Below are positions 1 to 9,516 of a DNA stretch of 31,321 bases, piece after piece. This DNA is from a virus. Taxonomy: Duplodnaviria > Caudoviricetes. The notes below the pieces were generated by a model that did not search any database, was not told the DNA's origin, and saw only the letters and a program-made list of their open reading frames with translations. A program made the position numbers and the translations under genes. The stretch spans positions 1 through 31,321 of IMG/VR virus record IMGVR_UViG_3300046786_000073; one strand, written 5' to 3'. Each line of letters opens with the position of its first letter. The first letter of the stretch is position 1.

Positions 1-86
1 AGAAGACTCAGATTCTGGCTGAGTTGACCTTGGAAGTCCGTAACGAGGCTGCCCACGGTATCGCTGCTGATTTGGCTGTTGCCTAA
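1..86 (+). CDS. Major capsid protein, C-terminal fragment (DUF5309/SU10-MCP-like)
   Basis: Frame from nt 3 reads KTQILAELTLEVRNEAAHGIAADLAVA-stop, a typical C-terminus for this capsid family; followed by a terminator and head-completion genes. Confidence 0.8.
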   Translation, partial: KTQILAELTLEVRNEAAHGIAADLAVA

Positions 87-93
87 TCTAAAT

Positions 94-119
94 GGGGGGC
101 TAATCACCCCCCTTTTTTT
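94..119 (+). terminator. Rho-independent terminator after capsid gene
   Basis: GGGGGG(94-99)/CCCCCC(107-112) stem followed by T7 (113-119). Confidence 0.85.
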
Positions 120-428
120 ATGAAACTAGTCGCAGATAACGCTGGTAAACAAACACTCTTTCACTCGATTGACGGTCAGGACGTTTTAGAAGTCAGACAA
201 GACGTTTCACAGATCATCGAGCAGAATAAAGCCCAATACAACGCCATTGACGAACGAGCGAAGTGGGGCGAACTGACAAAAATTGCTTCTCTCCCCATGG
301 TAGTCATTGATGACCTTAACAAAAAGGGCATAATGCGAGGGTTTGCGGTTATGGACCAACGAGGCTTTAAGGCTTTCTTGAATGATCCAGATAACCGTTT
401 CTTCAGAACCCGACCAGGAGAAGTATGA
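120..428 (+). CDS. Conserved hypothetical protein downstream of capsid gene
   Basis: 102 aa ORF, ATGA-coupled to the next gene; ends FLNDPDNRFFRT. Confidence 0.75.
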   Translation: MKLVADNAGKQTLFHSIDGQDVLEVRQDVSQIIEQNKAQYNAIDERAKWGELTKIASLPMVVIDDLNKKGIMRGFAVMDQRGFKAFLNDPDNRFFRTRPGEV

Positions 429-1042
429 ATATTGCAATCTGTGTTCCCTGCCGTGATACCGTCATGGCTGGCTTTGCTTTTGACTTAGCCAAACTCTGTG
501 CCTTTGATGGTGTCACTCGATGCTCTAAAGGCGGTTCCCTGCGGATTTATCAAATGCCTGGGACACTAATATTCAACCAACGACAAAAACTCGCTGAGAC
601 TGCTTTAGCTGACGGTGCTGACGCGATTCTCTGGATTGATTCGGACATGAGATTCCCGAAAGATTCACTCCAGATCATGTTAAGCCGCGAAGTCCCGATT
701 GTTGGTGTGAACGCAACGACTCGAAGAAAGCCTGTTGAGCCGACAGCACTTGATGCTGATGAGAAGACGAATCAACTTGTAAAGGTTTTCTCGAAGGGTA
801 AAGAGGGTCTAGAGCAGATTGTTGGTGTTGGATTTGGAATGGTGTTAACCAGAAAAGAGGCTTTCAATTTACCCAAGCCTTGGTTTTGGTTTGAGACAAC
901 GGCAAAAGGTGGTTTAGTTGGTGAAGACATTTATTTTTGCGCGAAGGCGTGGGATAATGGGATACCAACATACGTTGACCATGAATTGTCGATGCACATC
1001 CGGCACATAGGAACGTATGAGTATGGATGGGATGATCTATGA
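425..1042 (+). CDS. GT-A fold (family 2-like) glycosyltransferase
   Basis: N-terminal IAICVP strand, WIDSD (DxD), GFGMVL, GED..FC and C-terminal HIG motifs. Confidence 0.8.
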   Translation: MNIAICVPCRDTVMAGFAFDLAKLCAFDGVTRCSKGGSLRIYQMPGTLIFNQRQKLAETALADGADAILWIDSDMRFPKDSLQIMLSREVPIVGVNATTRRKPVEPTALDADEKTNQLVKVFSKGKEGLEQIVGVGFGMVLTRKEAFNLPKPWFWFETTAKGGLVGEDIYFCAKAWDNGIPTYVDHELSMHIRHIGTYEYGWDDL

Positions 1043-1656
1043 TTTCAACATATTCAGATTTGAAGACAGCGATTGCTAATTACTTGGCAAGGACTGACCT
1101 CACAGATCAAATTCCCGACTTCATTCGTTTCGCAGAGATTCGCCTGCGCCGTGAGTTGCGAATCCGTCAGATGTTGAAGACTGTGACCACTTCCACGACT
1201 GGAGGGGATTCGACTGTTGAACTGCCGACAGACTTCCTTGAGGTGCGGGATTTTGTTGTCGACACGAATCCGATTCAGCCTTTGACCTACTCCAGTCCTT
1301 CGACATTCTCTCGGAACTCACGCCGTACAGAGAGTGGCAAGCCGATTGATTACACAATCATGGCTCTGGAGTTTGAACTCGCTCCGACTCCAGATAGCAA
1401 TTACACGCTTGAACTGCTGTATTTTGCTGCACCGACTTATCTGAGTGACTCCAATACGAGTAACGTTTTCATGGCAAACGCGCCTGACGCTTTGCTGTAC
1501 GCATCTCTTTTGGAGGCAGAGCCTTACATCATGAACGATGCAAGGATTCAGACTTGGGGGTCTATGTACAACCGAGCAATCGAAACGCTGAATATCTCCG
1601 ACCAACAAGGTCAATATTCTGGCGTCCCTCTCGCAATGAAAGTTTCACTGAGGTAA
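1039..1656 (+). CDS. Head-tail adaptor / tail tubular protein A-like
   Basis: 205 aa; TYSDLK..IANYL.R.DL start, LPTDFL and PD.LLY.SL.EA motifs; position in the structural operon. Confidence 0.7.
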   Translation: MISTYSDLKTAIANYLARTDLTDQIPDFIRFAEIRLRRELRIRQMLKTVTTSTTGGDSTVELPTDFLEVRDFVVDTNPIQPLTYSSPSTFSRNSRRTESGKPIDYTIMALEFELAPTPDSNYTLELLYFAAPTYLSDSNTSNVFMANAPDALLYASLLEAEPYIMNDARIQTWGSMYNRAIETLNISDQQGQYSGVPLAMKVSLR

Positions 1657-1659
1657 ATC

Positions 1660-2046
1660 ATGGCAGAAATGAGCAATTATTTAGAGACTGCGCTGATTAA
1701 CGCAACTCTGAGAAATACATCCTACACAAGCCCGTCAACGGTTTATGTCGCACTTTATACGAGTGACCCGACTGATGCGGATACCGGAACTGAAGTTTCT
1801 GGTACTTCATATGCTCGTCAATCGGTGACGTTTGGTTCTCCTTCCAATGGAGTCACGACCAACTCTGCCGCTGTTGAGTTCCCGCAAGCTGGTGGCTCTT
1901 GGGGTACTGTGACGCACATCGGAATCCGTGATGCTTCTACATCTGGAAACCTGCTGTATCACACTGCCTTGGATGCTTCTAAGGCGATTGCAACTGGTGA
2001 TGTGTTTCGCATCGCTTCTGGCTCACTAAGCGTAACACTCGCGTGA
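1660..2046 (+). CDS. Small virion structural protein (tail/decoration, beta-rich)
   Basis: 128 aa; VYVALYTSDP, YARQ and WGTVTHIGIRDA.T.GNLL motifs; GAGG RBS. Confidence 0.7.
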   Translation: MAEMSNYLETALINATLRNTSYTSPSTVYVALYTSDPTDADTGTEVSGTSYARQSVTFGSPSNGVTTNSAAVEFPQAGGSWGTVTHIGIRDASTSGNLLYHTALDASKAIATGDVFRIASGSLSVTLA

Positions 2047-2047
2047 G

Positions 2048-2878
2048 ATGGCTGACCTTCTCCCACCGTGGACACTTGACTCTCTTGATAACTTAAAAGC
2101 GAGTCTTGATGACCTGACGCTTTCGTTAGACAGTGCTCTTTACGAAACGTCTGTCACGCTGTGGGATGCTTACGGATCGGTCAATGCGACTGCATCCGTA
2201 AGTTCTGGTTCTAGTGTTATTTTCGCCGGATCAGGGTCTATATCCTGTTCGGCATCGGTTTCATGTGCTGCTCAGATTGTTAAAGACGCATCTGCAAGCA
2301 TCACTTGTCAAGCCACCGTAATCGCAGATGCAACCAGGGTTCTTTCTGGTTCTGCCTCAATTACGGCTCAAGCTGATGTAAGCGCATCGGCTCAGATCGT
2401 CAAAGACGCTGCTGCCGCAATATCCTGTTCTGCAACCTTTACTGGAAATGGTGGGTTGCTTCTCGCAGGAGATGCCTCGATTACCGCAAGCGCAACTGTC
2501 ACTGCCCAGGCAATCCGAGTCAGGGAAGCAGTCGCAGATATTTCAGCATCTGCAAGCGTTTCTTGTGAGGCGATAAGGGTAAGAGATGCGTTGGCAGAAA
2601 TAAACGCTCTGGCGACTGTTGAAGCCTACGCAATCGCCACTTGGAATGGTGTTGGGTCTGTGGTTTGTCTGTCTACCGTAGTTTGCGATGGCAAACGGAT
2701 GGGGGATAATTGGTCAGACGTTCCAGAGAGCGATGACACATGGGTTACTGCGACAATTTCCGACAATGATTGGACTGAAATATCTGTGAGCGTAAACACA
2801 TGGACGCCTAATGGAACTGGGTCGAATACATGGACAAGCCAAGCTCAAAACAGCAATGTTTGGCTTTTGCAGGGGTAA
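2048..2878 (+). CDS. Ala/Ser-rich repetitive virion protein
   Basis: 276 aa with ~20-aa ASI.A.A.V repeats and a C-terminal Trp every 10 residues. Confidence 0.65.
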   Translation: MADLLPPWTLDSLDNLKASLDDLTLSLDSALYETSVTLWDAYGSVNATASVSSGSSVIFAGSGSISCSASVSCAAQIVKDASASITCQATVIADATRVLSGSASITAQADVSASAQIVKDAAAAISCSATFTGNGGLLLAGDASITASATVTAQAIRVREAVADISASASVSCEAIRVRDALAEINALATVEAYAIATWNGVGSVVCLSTVVCDGKRMGDNWSDVPESDDTWVTATISDNDWTEISVSVNTWTPNGTGSNTWTSQAQNSNVWLLQG

Positions 2879-4537
2879 ATGATGGCAACACAACGAATCC
2901 AACTGACTGAATGGCTACCTGACCAGCCTGGTATCTCTGGTGCTTTGACAGACGCTAAGAATGTCGTTTCTCAAGCGATTGGTTATGGTCCTTTTCCTTC
3001 TGCCACGACCTTCTCTCAAAACGCTGCTGAGAATCTGGTCGCTTTGTATGGTGCTCGTCAACCAGACGGAGACACGAAACTCTTTGTTGCTGGAACGACC
3101 AAACTCTACACTTGCTCTGGTGTCGGTGTGATGACTGATGTTTCCAACTTCACTGGGACTTATTCTCAGTCTGGTACGACAACTCTGACCGTTACATCTA
3201 CCGGACACAAACTGAAAACCGGAGATTCTGTCTACCTGGATTTCACAAGTGGAACCGCTACGGACGGGACTTTCTCCGTCACTTATGTGGATGCAAACAC
3301 TTTCACGGTAACGACCACTTCAGCGACAACGTCAGGAAACGTCACGATCAAGGTTTCTGCAACTGACTACACCACGCCGGATGGGTCGCGGTTTCGCTTC
3401 ACTCAATTTGGTTTGTCGATCATCGCAACGAACAACTCTCAGCGTCTTCAACGATGGACCCTTGGGAGTTCTACAAAGTTTCATAATCTGTCTGATTCCG
3501 CACCGATTGCAAAGTTCATTACGGTTGTCCGTGACTTCGTGGTGGTGGCGAATACGAAGGAAAGTGGAGAACAGAAACAGTATCGAGTTCGCTGGAGTGC
3601 TCTGAATGACGAGAACGACTGGGTTGAGAACGTAAACACTCAGTCAGACTACCAGGACATTCCTGACGGCGGACAGATTGTGGGCATCCGAGGCGGTGAG
3701 TTTGGTCTAATCCTTTTGGAGAGGGCTATTCACCGGATGAGTTATGTTGGGACTCCGTTTATCTTCCAATTCGACAACATCTCTCGTAATAAGGGATGTA
3801 TCGCCTCGGGGTCTATCGCTCAATACCAGGGGATTACGTTCTTCTTGTCGGATGACGGTTTCTATATGTGCGATGGCCAACAAGTCACGCCCATTGGTGC
3901 TGAGAAGATTGATCGATTTTTCTTTAATGACGCATCTGAGTTTGATTTTGGCTCAATGTCTGCTGCCGTTGATCCTATTCGCAAGTTGGTGATTTGGAAC
4001 TACAAAGGGATTGATGGCAATCGGCATTTGATTATCTATAACTTCGCCACGAAGAAATGGACATATGCTGATTCTGGAACTGATTTCTTGTCTGAGGCGT
4101 CTACTTCTTCTGTGACTTTGGAAGAACTGGATACTCTGAGTGGTTCTATTGATGCTTTGAAGATTTCGCTTGATTCTGTGATGTTTATGGGTGGTAAATA
4201 CTTCCTTGGTGGGACTAAGGGAGTCAATGTTTATACCTTCACAGGATCGAATCTGACGGGTCGGATTGCCACTGGAGACTTGGGTGGACAAGGGCGCTCT
4301 GTGATGACTTTGGTTCGTCCTCAAGTGGACAACGGATCGGCTGATGTGGCTGTGTCTTCTCGGACTCTTTTGAGTGAGCAGGTCTTGTTTGGAGACGCTG
4401 TTGCTGCGAGTTCTGAGAATCGGGTTTCTCTGAGAAGTTCAGGAAACTACCATCGAGTCCAATTAAACCCTACGGGTGACAACTGGAAAAACGCATCAGC
4501 GATTGATGTGGACATTGTCCCGCAGGGAGTTCGATAA
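2879..4537 (+). CDS. Tail hub/nozzle protein (P22 gp10 / tubular B-like)
   Basis: 552 aa beta-propeller-like; EWLPDQP, VRWS, GCIA..SI, FFLSDDGFY and IGAEKIDRFF motifs. Confidence 0.75.
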   Translation: MMATQRIQLTEWLPDQPGISGALTDAKNVVSQAIGYGPFPSATTFSQNAAENLVALYGARQPDGDTKLFVAGTTKLYTCSGVGVMTDVSNFTGTYSQSGTTTLTVTSTGHKLKTGDSVYLDFTSGTATDGTFSVTYVDANTFTVTTTSATTSGNVTIKVSATDYTTPDGSRFRFTQFGLSIIATNNSQRLQRWTLGSSTKFHNLSDSAPIAKFITVVRDFVVVANTKESGEQKQYRVRWSALNDENDWVENVNTQSDYQDIPDGGQIVGIRGGEFGLILLERAIHRMSYVGTPFIFQFDNISRNKGCIASGSIAQYQGITFFLSDDGFYMCDGQQVTPIGAEKIDRFFFNDASEFDFGSMSAAVDPIRKLVIWNYKGIDGNRHLIIYNFATKKWTYADSGTDFLSEASTSSVTLEELDTLSGSIDALKISLDSVMFMGGKYFLGGTKGVNVYTFTGSNLTGRIATGDLGGQGRSVMTLVRPQVDNGSADVAVSSRTLLSEQVLFGDAVAASSENRVSLRSSGNYHRVQLNPTGDNWKNASAIDVDIVPQGVR

Positions 4538-5319
4538 TGGCTTTTCGGACACTTCCAGTCTTTGGTGCTGACCTTAGAGGTATCTCTGAGGTTGTCCGAG
4601 GCATCATGGATGGAAAGACGAACAACACCGGACGGATAACTCTTTCTACGGGTAACGCCACGACAACAACGATTGATGACTATCGTATTGGCGCGGATAG
4701 CGTGATTATTCTCGTACCGGACTCTGAGGCGGCTTATGAGGATTCAGCTCCTTACGGGGCTTTTCAAGACTCCACCAACCAGACTGCGGCAAACACAACA
4801 ACTGTTTATCCAATGACGTTTAACACGACTGATTACTCCAATGGAGTATCGGTGGTAAGTAACTCTCGACTGACTGTTAAGAACTACGGGATTTATAACC
4901 TTCAGTTTAGTGCTCAACTGGTAAACACAAACTCCTCAATTCACGACATGGATATTTGGTTCAGGAAAAACGGAACCAATGTACCTGCGTCTAATAGTCG
5001 GTATTCTGTCCCCAATTCCCACGGTGGAGTGGATGGGCACACGATTGCTGCTCTGAATTACTATATTGAACTTAACGCCAATGATTATGTAGAGATCATG
5101 TGGGCAACGGATAACACGGCTGTGAGTATTCAACAGTTACCGACTAGAACAAGCCCAGACACTCCGTCAACCCCGTCTGTGATTGCAACAATGCAGTATG
5201 TGGCTCCGGCTGCGTCAACGAATGTATATGTAACCGCAAAGGGTAAGGGTACTGCTACCTTAACACATTATGCAAACAACACAGCAGATAAAACCTATGC
5301 TTACATCATTGTTGGCTAG
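4537..5319 (+). CDS. Tail needle/spike-like protein with internal C1q/TNF-like domain
   Basis: 260 aa; YGAF...GIYNLQFSAQ...IWFRKNG...LNANDYVEIMW jelly-roll signature. Confidence 0.65.
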   Translation: MAFRTLPVFGADLRGISEVVRGIMDGKTNNTGRITLSTGNATTTTIDDYRIGADSVIILVPDSEAAYEDSAPYGAFQDSTNQTAANTTTVYPMTFNTTDYSNGVSVVSNSRLTVKNYGIYNLQFSAQLVNTNSSIHDMDIWFRKNGTNVPASNSRYSVPNSHGGVDGHTIAALNYYIELNANDYVEIMWATDNTAVSIQQLPTRTSPDTPSTPSVIATMQYVAPAASTNVYVTAKGKGTATLTHYANNTADKTYAYIIVG

Positions 5320-5373
5320 TATAATTGGCTCCGTGGATGACCCGTCACGGAGTCCTTTCTGAAAGGAAAAGAA
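5320..5373 (+). promoter_or_regulatory. Putative -10 (TATAAT) and structured leader of the ejection-protein genes
   Basis: TATAAT 5320-25; stem GGCTCCGTG/CACGGAGTC (5327-5354); CCTTT/AAAGG hairpin over the RBS. Confidence 0.5.
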
Positions 5374-6294
5374 ATGGCTACCGAAACCGCAACATCTACA
5401 CAAACAACCGCGATTGATCCGGCGATCCAACCTTACTTGGGTTTTGGTCTTGAGGAAGCTCGCCGTTTATACGAAACTGGCGGTCCGAAGTATTACGAAG
5501 GTCAGACTTATGTCGGTCCTTCTCAAGCGACCCAGACTGCTCTGCAACAACTTCAGCAACGCGCTGCCGCTGGTAGTCCTCTCGTTTCTGCTGCCCAACA
5601 ACAAACCTTGGGAACTGTCCAGGGTGATTATCTTGGTGGCAATCCTTTCTTTCAGGGTGCGTTTCAACCTGCTGCACAAGCGGCTCGTCAGACATTTGAG
5701 AGTACTCTAGGGGACATTGGTTCTAAAGCCTCTCTAGCGGGTCGGTATGGCTCTGGTGCGATGGGTAATCTGCAACAACAGGCCGCAGGGCAATTCGCTC
5801 AGAAACTGACGGATACTGCTGGACAACTCGCTTATCAGAACTACGCCCAAGAACGCGCCCGACAGCAAACGGCTACGGCAATGGCTCCCGAGATGGCTCA
5901 AGCTGACTACGCTGACATTCAAAGGATGTTGGCTGCTGGTCAACTTGGTGAGGGCTATCAAGGTCAAGCGCTCCAGGCTGACATAAATCGTTTCAACTAT
6001 GGTCAGCAACTTCCCCAACAACAGCTAAACACATATCTGAATCAGGTATATGGTTTCCCTGCTAGCAAGACCACAACAAGTCAGACTCCGTACTACACGA
6101 ATCCTCTGGCGACAACGCTTGGAACTGGTTTGCTCGGTGTGAATCTGTTGACTCAAGCAAACAAGTTGACAAATGGTGGCGTAAGTAACGCAATTCAGTC
6201 TGGCTTGAATTGGCTTACTAATCCTGGTTTTAATACTAGCGGTTTGCAAAATGCTGCTGGCGTTAATTTCCTGACTGGTGACAATTACGGTTAA
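5374..6294 (+). CDS. DNA ejection/pilot protein (gp7-like position)
   Basis: 306 aa, Gln/Ala/Gly-rich; IQPYL, NPFF and AGRYGSG motifs; hydrophobic Gly-rich C-terminus. Confidence 0.65.
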   Translation: MATETATSTQTTAIDPAIQPYLGFGLEEARRLYETGGPKYYEGQTYVGPSQATQTALQQLQQRAAAGSPLVSAAQQQTLGTVQGDYLGGNPFFQGAFQPAAQAARQTFESTLGDIGSKASLAGRYGSGAMGNLQQQAAGQFAQKLTDTAGQLAYQNYAQERARQQTATAMAPEMAQADYADIQRMLAAGQLGEGYQGQALQADINRFNYGQQLPQQQLNTYLNQVYGFPASKTTTSQTPYYTNPLATTLGTGLLGVNLLTQANKLTNGGVSNAIQSGLNWLTNPGFNTSGLQNAAGVNFLTGDNYG

Positions 6295-6302
6295 GGACTA
6301 AC

Positions 6303-7640
6303 ATGGCACTACTAGACATTTTTGGCGACACGCCTTCTTACTATGGTGGTCTTTTAGGCGAGGAAGAACTCCAACGCGCCAAAGACTACGCTCAACAGCA
6401 AGCATTGCAAAACTCAGCAATGGCACTCCTTCAGGCTGGCGCGCCGAGTCGCACTCCTGGCGGTGGTGCATTGGCTATCGCGCAGGGTCTTCAGATGGGT
6501 CAGCAGGCTTATAAACAAGCCATGAACGAATCTCTAAAAGATCGTATGACTCAATTCCAGATTCAAGACATGATGCAAAAACGTGCTGAAGAACAAGCAG
6601 CGCGTCAGCAACAAGCCCAAGCACAGCGAATCTTGCAGTCTGCCTATCGTCCTGAACAGGGCATGATTGGTCAAACTCCTTCTGAGGTTTTGCGCGATGA
6701 GGAAGGCAATCTAATGCCTGATGCTAACGTGCGTCCGGCAGGGTTGGATTTGCAAGCCGCATTGCCTGCTCTGAGGGCTTTGGGTCCGGCAGGAACTAAG
6801 ACTCTGACTGAACAACTTGGCATTGAGAAGACTCTGGCTGATTTGGCTAAGTCTCAACGTCCTGAAGGATTTACTTTGGGCGAGGGTCAGGTTCGATATG
6901 AGGTCAATCCTCAAGGTCAACTGGTTCAGGTTGCAACTGGTTCTCCGAAACAAGAACAAGTCGCTGGTGACGTTCGTGAAGCCATGCAAGTTCTTGGGAT
7001 TATGAAGCCTATTGGTGACTTGAACGCAATGGATCGCAAGCAGATTCAGGGATACATTGATCGCAAAGATGCACTCAAGGCTCCTAAAGTTGCTGTGGAT
7101 TTGAAAGACCCGACTGCTGTTGCCAAGGCATCTCTGGATGTGATGAACAAGTGGGAAAACGTCCTGAAAGACAGTGGCGCGGTTGAGGTTGCAAACCGTT
7201 ATCGTGCATTGCAGTCTGCGGTTAGCCAAGCCCAACAAGGCAACGCAAACGCTGATGGTGCAATCATTTACAACGTGGGCAAGATTTACGATCCTTCTGG
7301 CGCTGTGCAAGAGGGTGACAAGGCAACGATTTTGGGTAATCGTTCAATCCCAGAGCAAGTTAAGGCTTATGCACAGCGTGTGTTCAAGGGTGGTTCATTG
7401 ACAACTGCCGAACGAGAAAATCTCTTGACGATTGCTGAAAACATTGCAAAAGAGCGTCAATCTCAACTTGCTCCACAACGTCAAAACTATCAAAGACTGA
7501 CAACCCAACTGGGCGGTGATGTTGCAAATATTACCGACCCGTTTGCGGCTGCTTTGTCTAAAATACCCGAAGTGAAAGCACAACCTACTGATGTACGTTC
7601 TTTGGCTCTCGAAGAACTAAAACGCCGTAGAGGTCAATAA
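6303..7640 (+). CDS. DNA ejection protein (gp20-like position)
   Basis: 445 aa helical, Gln-rich; GLLG start, FTLGEGQVRY and YDPSGAVQEGD motifs; AAGGA RBS. Confidence 0.65.
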   Translation: MALLDIFGDTPSYYGGLLGEEELQRAKDYAQQQALQNSAMALLQAGAPSRTPGGGALAIAQGLQMGQQAYKQAMNESLKDRMTQFQIQDMMQKRAEEQAARQQQAQAQRILQSAYRPEQGMIGQTPSEVLRDEEGNLMPDANVRPAGLDLQAALPALRALGPAGTKTLTEQLGIEKTLADLAKSQRPEGFTLGEGQVRYEVNPQGQLVQVATGSPKQEQVAGDVREAMQVLGIMKPIGDLNAMDRKQIQGYIDRKDALKAPKVAVDLKDPTAVAKASLDVMNKWENVLKDSGAVEVANRYRALQSAVSQAQQGNANADGAIIYNVGKIYDPSGAVQEGDKATILGNRSIPEQVKAYAQRVFKGGSLTTAERENLLTIAENIAKERQSQLAPQRQNYQRLTTQLGGDVANITDPFAAALSKIPEVKAQPTDVRSLALEELKRRRGQ

Positions 7641-9502
7641 TGGATTTCTCAAAACTTACAGATAAAGAGTTAGAGGCAATCTCCTCTGGTGATCTATCTT
7701 CTTTGTCTGACAAGACGTTGAGAATGCTTGCTGGAGAGACTGAGAAACTCACCGTGTCTGATAAAGAACAGATGCGTAAAGAGTTGTTCACGCCTCCTAA
7801 AGACATTGGCATGGTTCCTGGTAACTTGTCAGACCTTCCTCGTCAACTGGGTTTGACTGCTCGCGCTGCGATTACTGGTGCGACTGCACTTCCGGCGATT
7901 GGTGCTGATGCTCTTACCGGACTGATTAACCTGATTGCTGGTAAACAAGTCATGCAACCAAGTTCTCAGGCTTTGCAAAGTCTGATGACGCAAGCTGGAG
8001 TTCCTGAACCCAAGACTGCACAAGAGCGCGTGGTTCAAGACATTGGTGGTGCAATGTCTGGTGTTGCTGGTCCTGGTCTGTTGGCTGGAAAAATGGGTCC
8101 AATGGCTAAAGAGTTCTTCATGGGAAGTCCTCAAGCCCAAGCCGCTGCTGCGATTGGTGGTGCTGCCGCTGGTGGTACTGCAAGAGAATCTGATCTCGGA
8201 CCCGTTGCACAGACATTAGCCGCGATTACAGGCTCTATCGCCCCAGGTGGTGTTACGGCTACACAAGCACTCGGACGAGGCGCCAAAGAGGCTGTAAGAC
8301 CCTTCACTGAGGCTGGCAGAGAGGTTATCACTGGTAACGTGCTTCGCTCTCTTGCGCGTGATCCTGAAGCGGCTATTAAAGCGGCTGAGTCTTATCAAGC
8401 AAGGGTTCCAGGTTATCAACCTACCACCTCTCAAGCGACCCGTGATCTTGGGTTGATTTCTGCTGAGACTCCGATTCGCTCAATGGCGTCTATGGGTCAG
8501 TTTGAAGCTCAAGCGTCTGCTGCGAACCAGGCTCGATTGAAAATCCTTGACCAGATGGCAAAGGACAAAACTGCTCTGGAAGGCGCGATTAAGAAGCGTG
8601 ACGAGGTTACTGCTCCGTTGCGTGAACAAGCGTTTGCCAATCCTGTTGACGAAACTGCATTTAACACTGCGGTTTATGAGAATGTCCTCGGAAAGATTGA
8701 CGCGATCTCTGCCTCTGATGTTGGGGCAAGAAAGACCGTTCAAAAGGCGATGGACTTTGCTCGTCAGACCGTGGAAGGTGGGTTGGGTTCACCGACTCGT
8801 CTGTATGAGGCTCGAAAGGATTTGAGGGACGCTGCACAGGGTCTTTTGGATAAAGAAGGGTCAGCATACAGTCTTGCCAAAAAACAGCTTGAAGAAGTGA
8901 TTAGGGCTGTTGATGACGCGATTGAATCTGGTGCGCCTGGATACAAAGACTATCTTCAGAAATACGCCACTTCTAGCCGTGGAATTGAGCGTTTGGAAGC
9001 CGCACAAGAGTTCAGGGGCAAGGTTCTCTCAACGACTCCCGATCCTTCTAGCGTTGGGGATTTCTTGATCTCTCAGCCTGCGTTTACTCGCGCAATTCGT
9101 GCTGCTGAAAAAGACACCGACCTGTCCAAAACTCAGCTCGCCGTGTTGAAGCGAGTGGCTGAAGACTTGGACTCTGGTGTGTTGAATCGTGCTGGTAAGG
9201 TTCCTGGCTCGGATACTTTCAAGAATCTGAGTACAGCGAATATCATTGGTGGGGTGATTGGTAAACAGATGTTTGGCGAAGTCCCTGCCGCTGTGAACAA
9301 GACTGTTGCGCCTCTTAATTGGTTGTATAACGGCACAGACGATCAGATTCGAGAGTTGCTTGTGAGTGCAATGCTTGATCCTAAGTTGGCTGCTGATTTG
9401 ATGAAAAAGGCAAACGTGATGACTGTTGAGCCTTTGAGTCAAGCATTGAAAAAGAAAGCAATCGCCGCTGGTTATGGCGCATCCTTTGGTTTAACGGAGT
9501 AA
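7640..9502 (+). CDS. Large DNA ejection protein (gp16-like position)
   Basis: 620 aa, Ala/Gly-rich hydrophobic N-terminal half; GSDT..NL and AMLDP motifs; TAATG coupling. Confidence 0.65.
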   Translation: MDFSKLTDKELEAISSGDLSSLSDKTLRMLAGETEKLTVSDKEQMRKELFTPPKDIGMVPGNLSDLPRQLGLTARAAITGATALPAIGADALTGLINLIAGKQVMQPSSQALQSLMTQAGVPEPKTAQERVVQDIGGAMSGVAGPGLLAGKMGPMAKEFFMGSPQAQAAAAIGGAAAGGTARESDLGPVAQTLAAITGSIAPGGVTATQALGRGAKEAVRPFTEAGREVITGNVLRSLARDPEAAIKAAESYQARVPGYQPTTSQATRDLGLISAETPIRSMASMGQFEAQASAANQARLKILDQMAKDKTALEGAIKKRDEVTAPLREQAFANPVDETAFNTAVYENVLGKIDAISASDVGARKTVQKAMDFARQTVEGGLGSPTRLYEARKDLRDAAQGLLDKEGSAYSLAKKQLEEVIRAVDDAIESGAPGYKDYLQKYATSSRGIERLEAAQEFRGKVLSTTPDPSSVGDFLISQPAFTRAIRAAEKDTDLSKTQLAVLKRVAEDLDSGVLNRAGKVPGSDTFKNLSTANIIGGVIGKQMFGEVPAAVNKTVAPLNWLYNGTDDQIRELLVSAMLDPKLAADLMKKANVMTVEPLSQALKKKAIAAGYGASFGLTE

Positions 9503-9516
9503 GACAATAAACAAGC

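Noticed and set aside
6711-9442. Long antisense ORFs opposite the ejection genes (also 26791-27276 and 28972-29568)
   Set aside because: Shadow frames of codon-biased genes; no RBS or recognisable motifs
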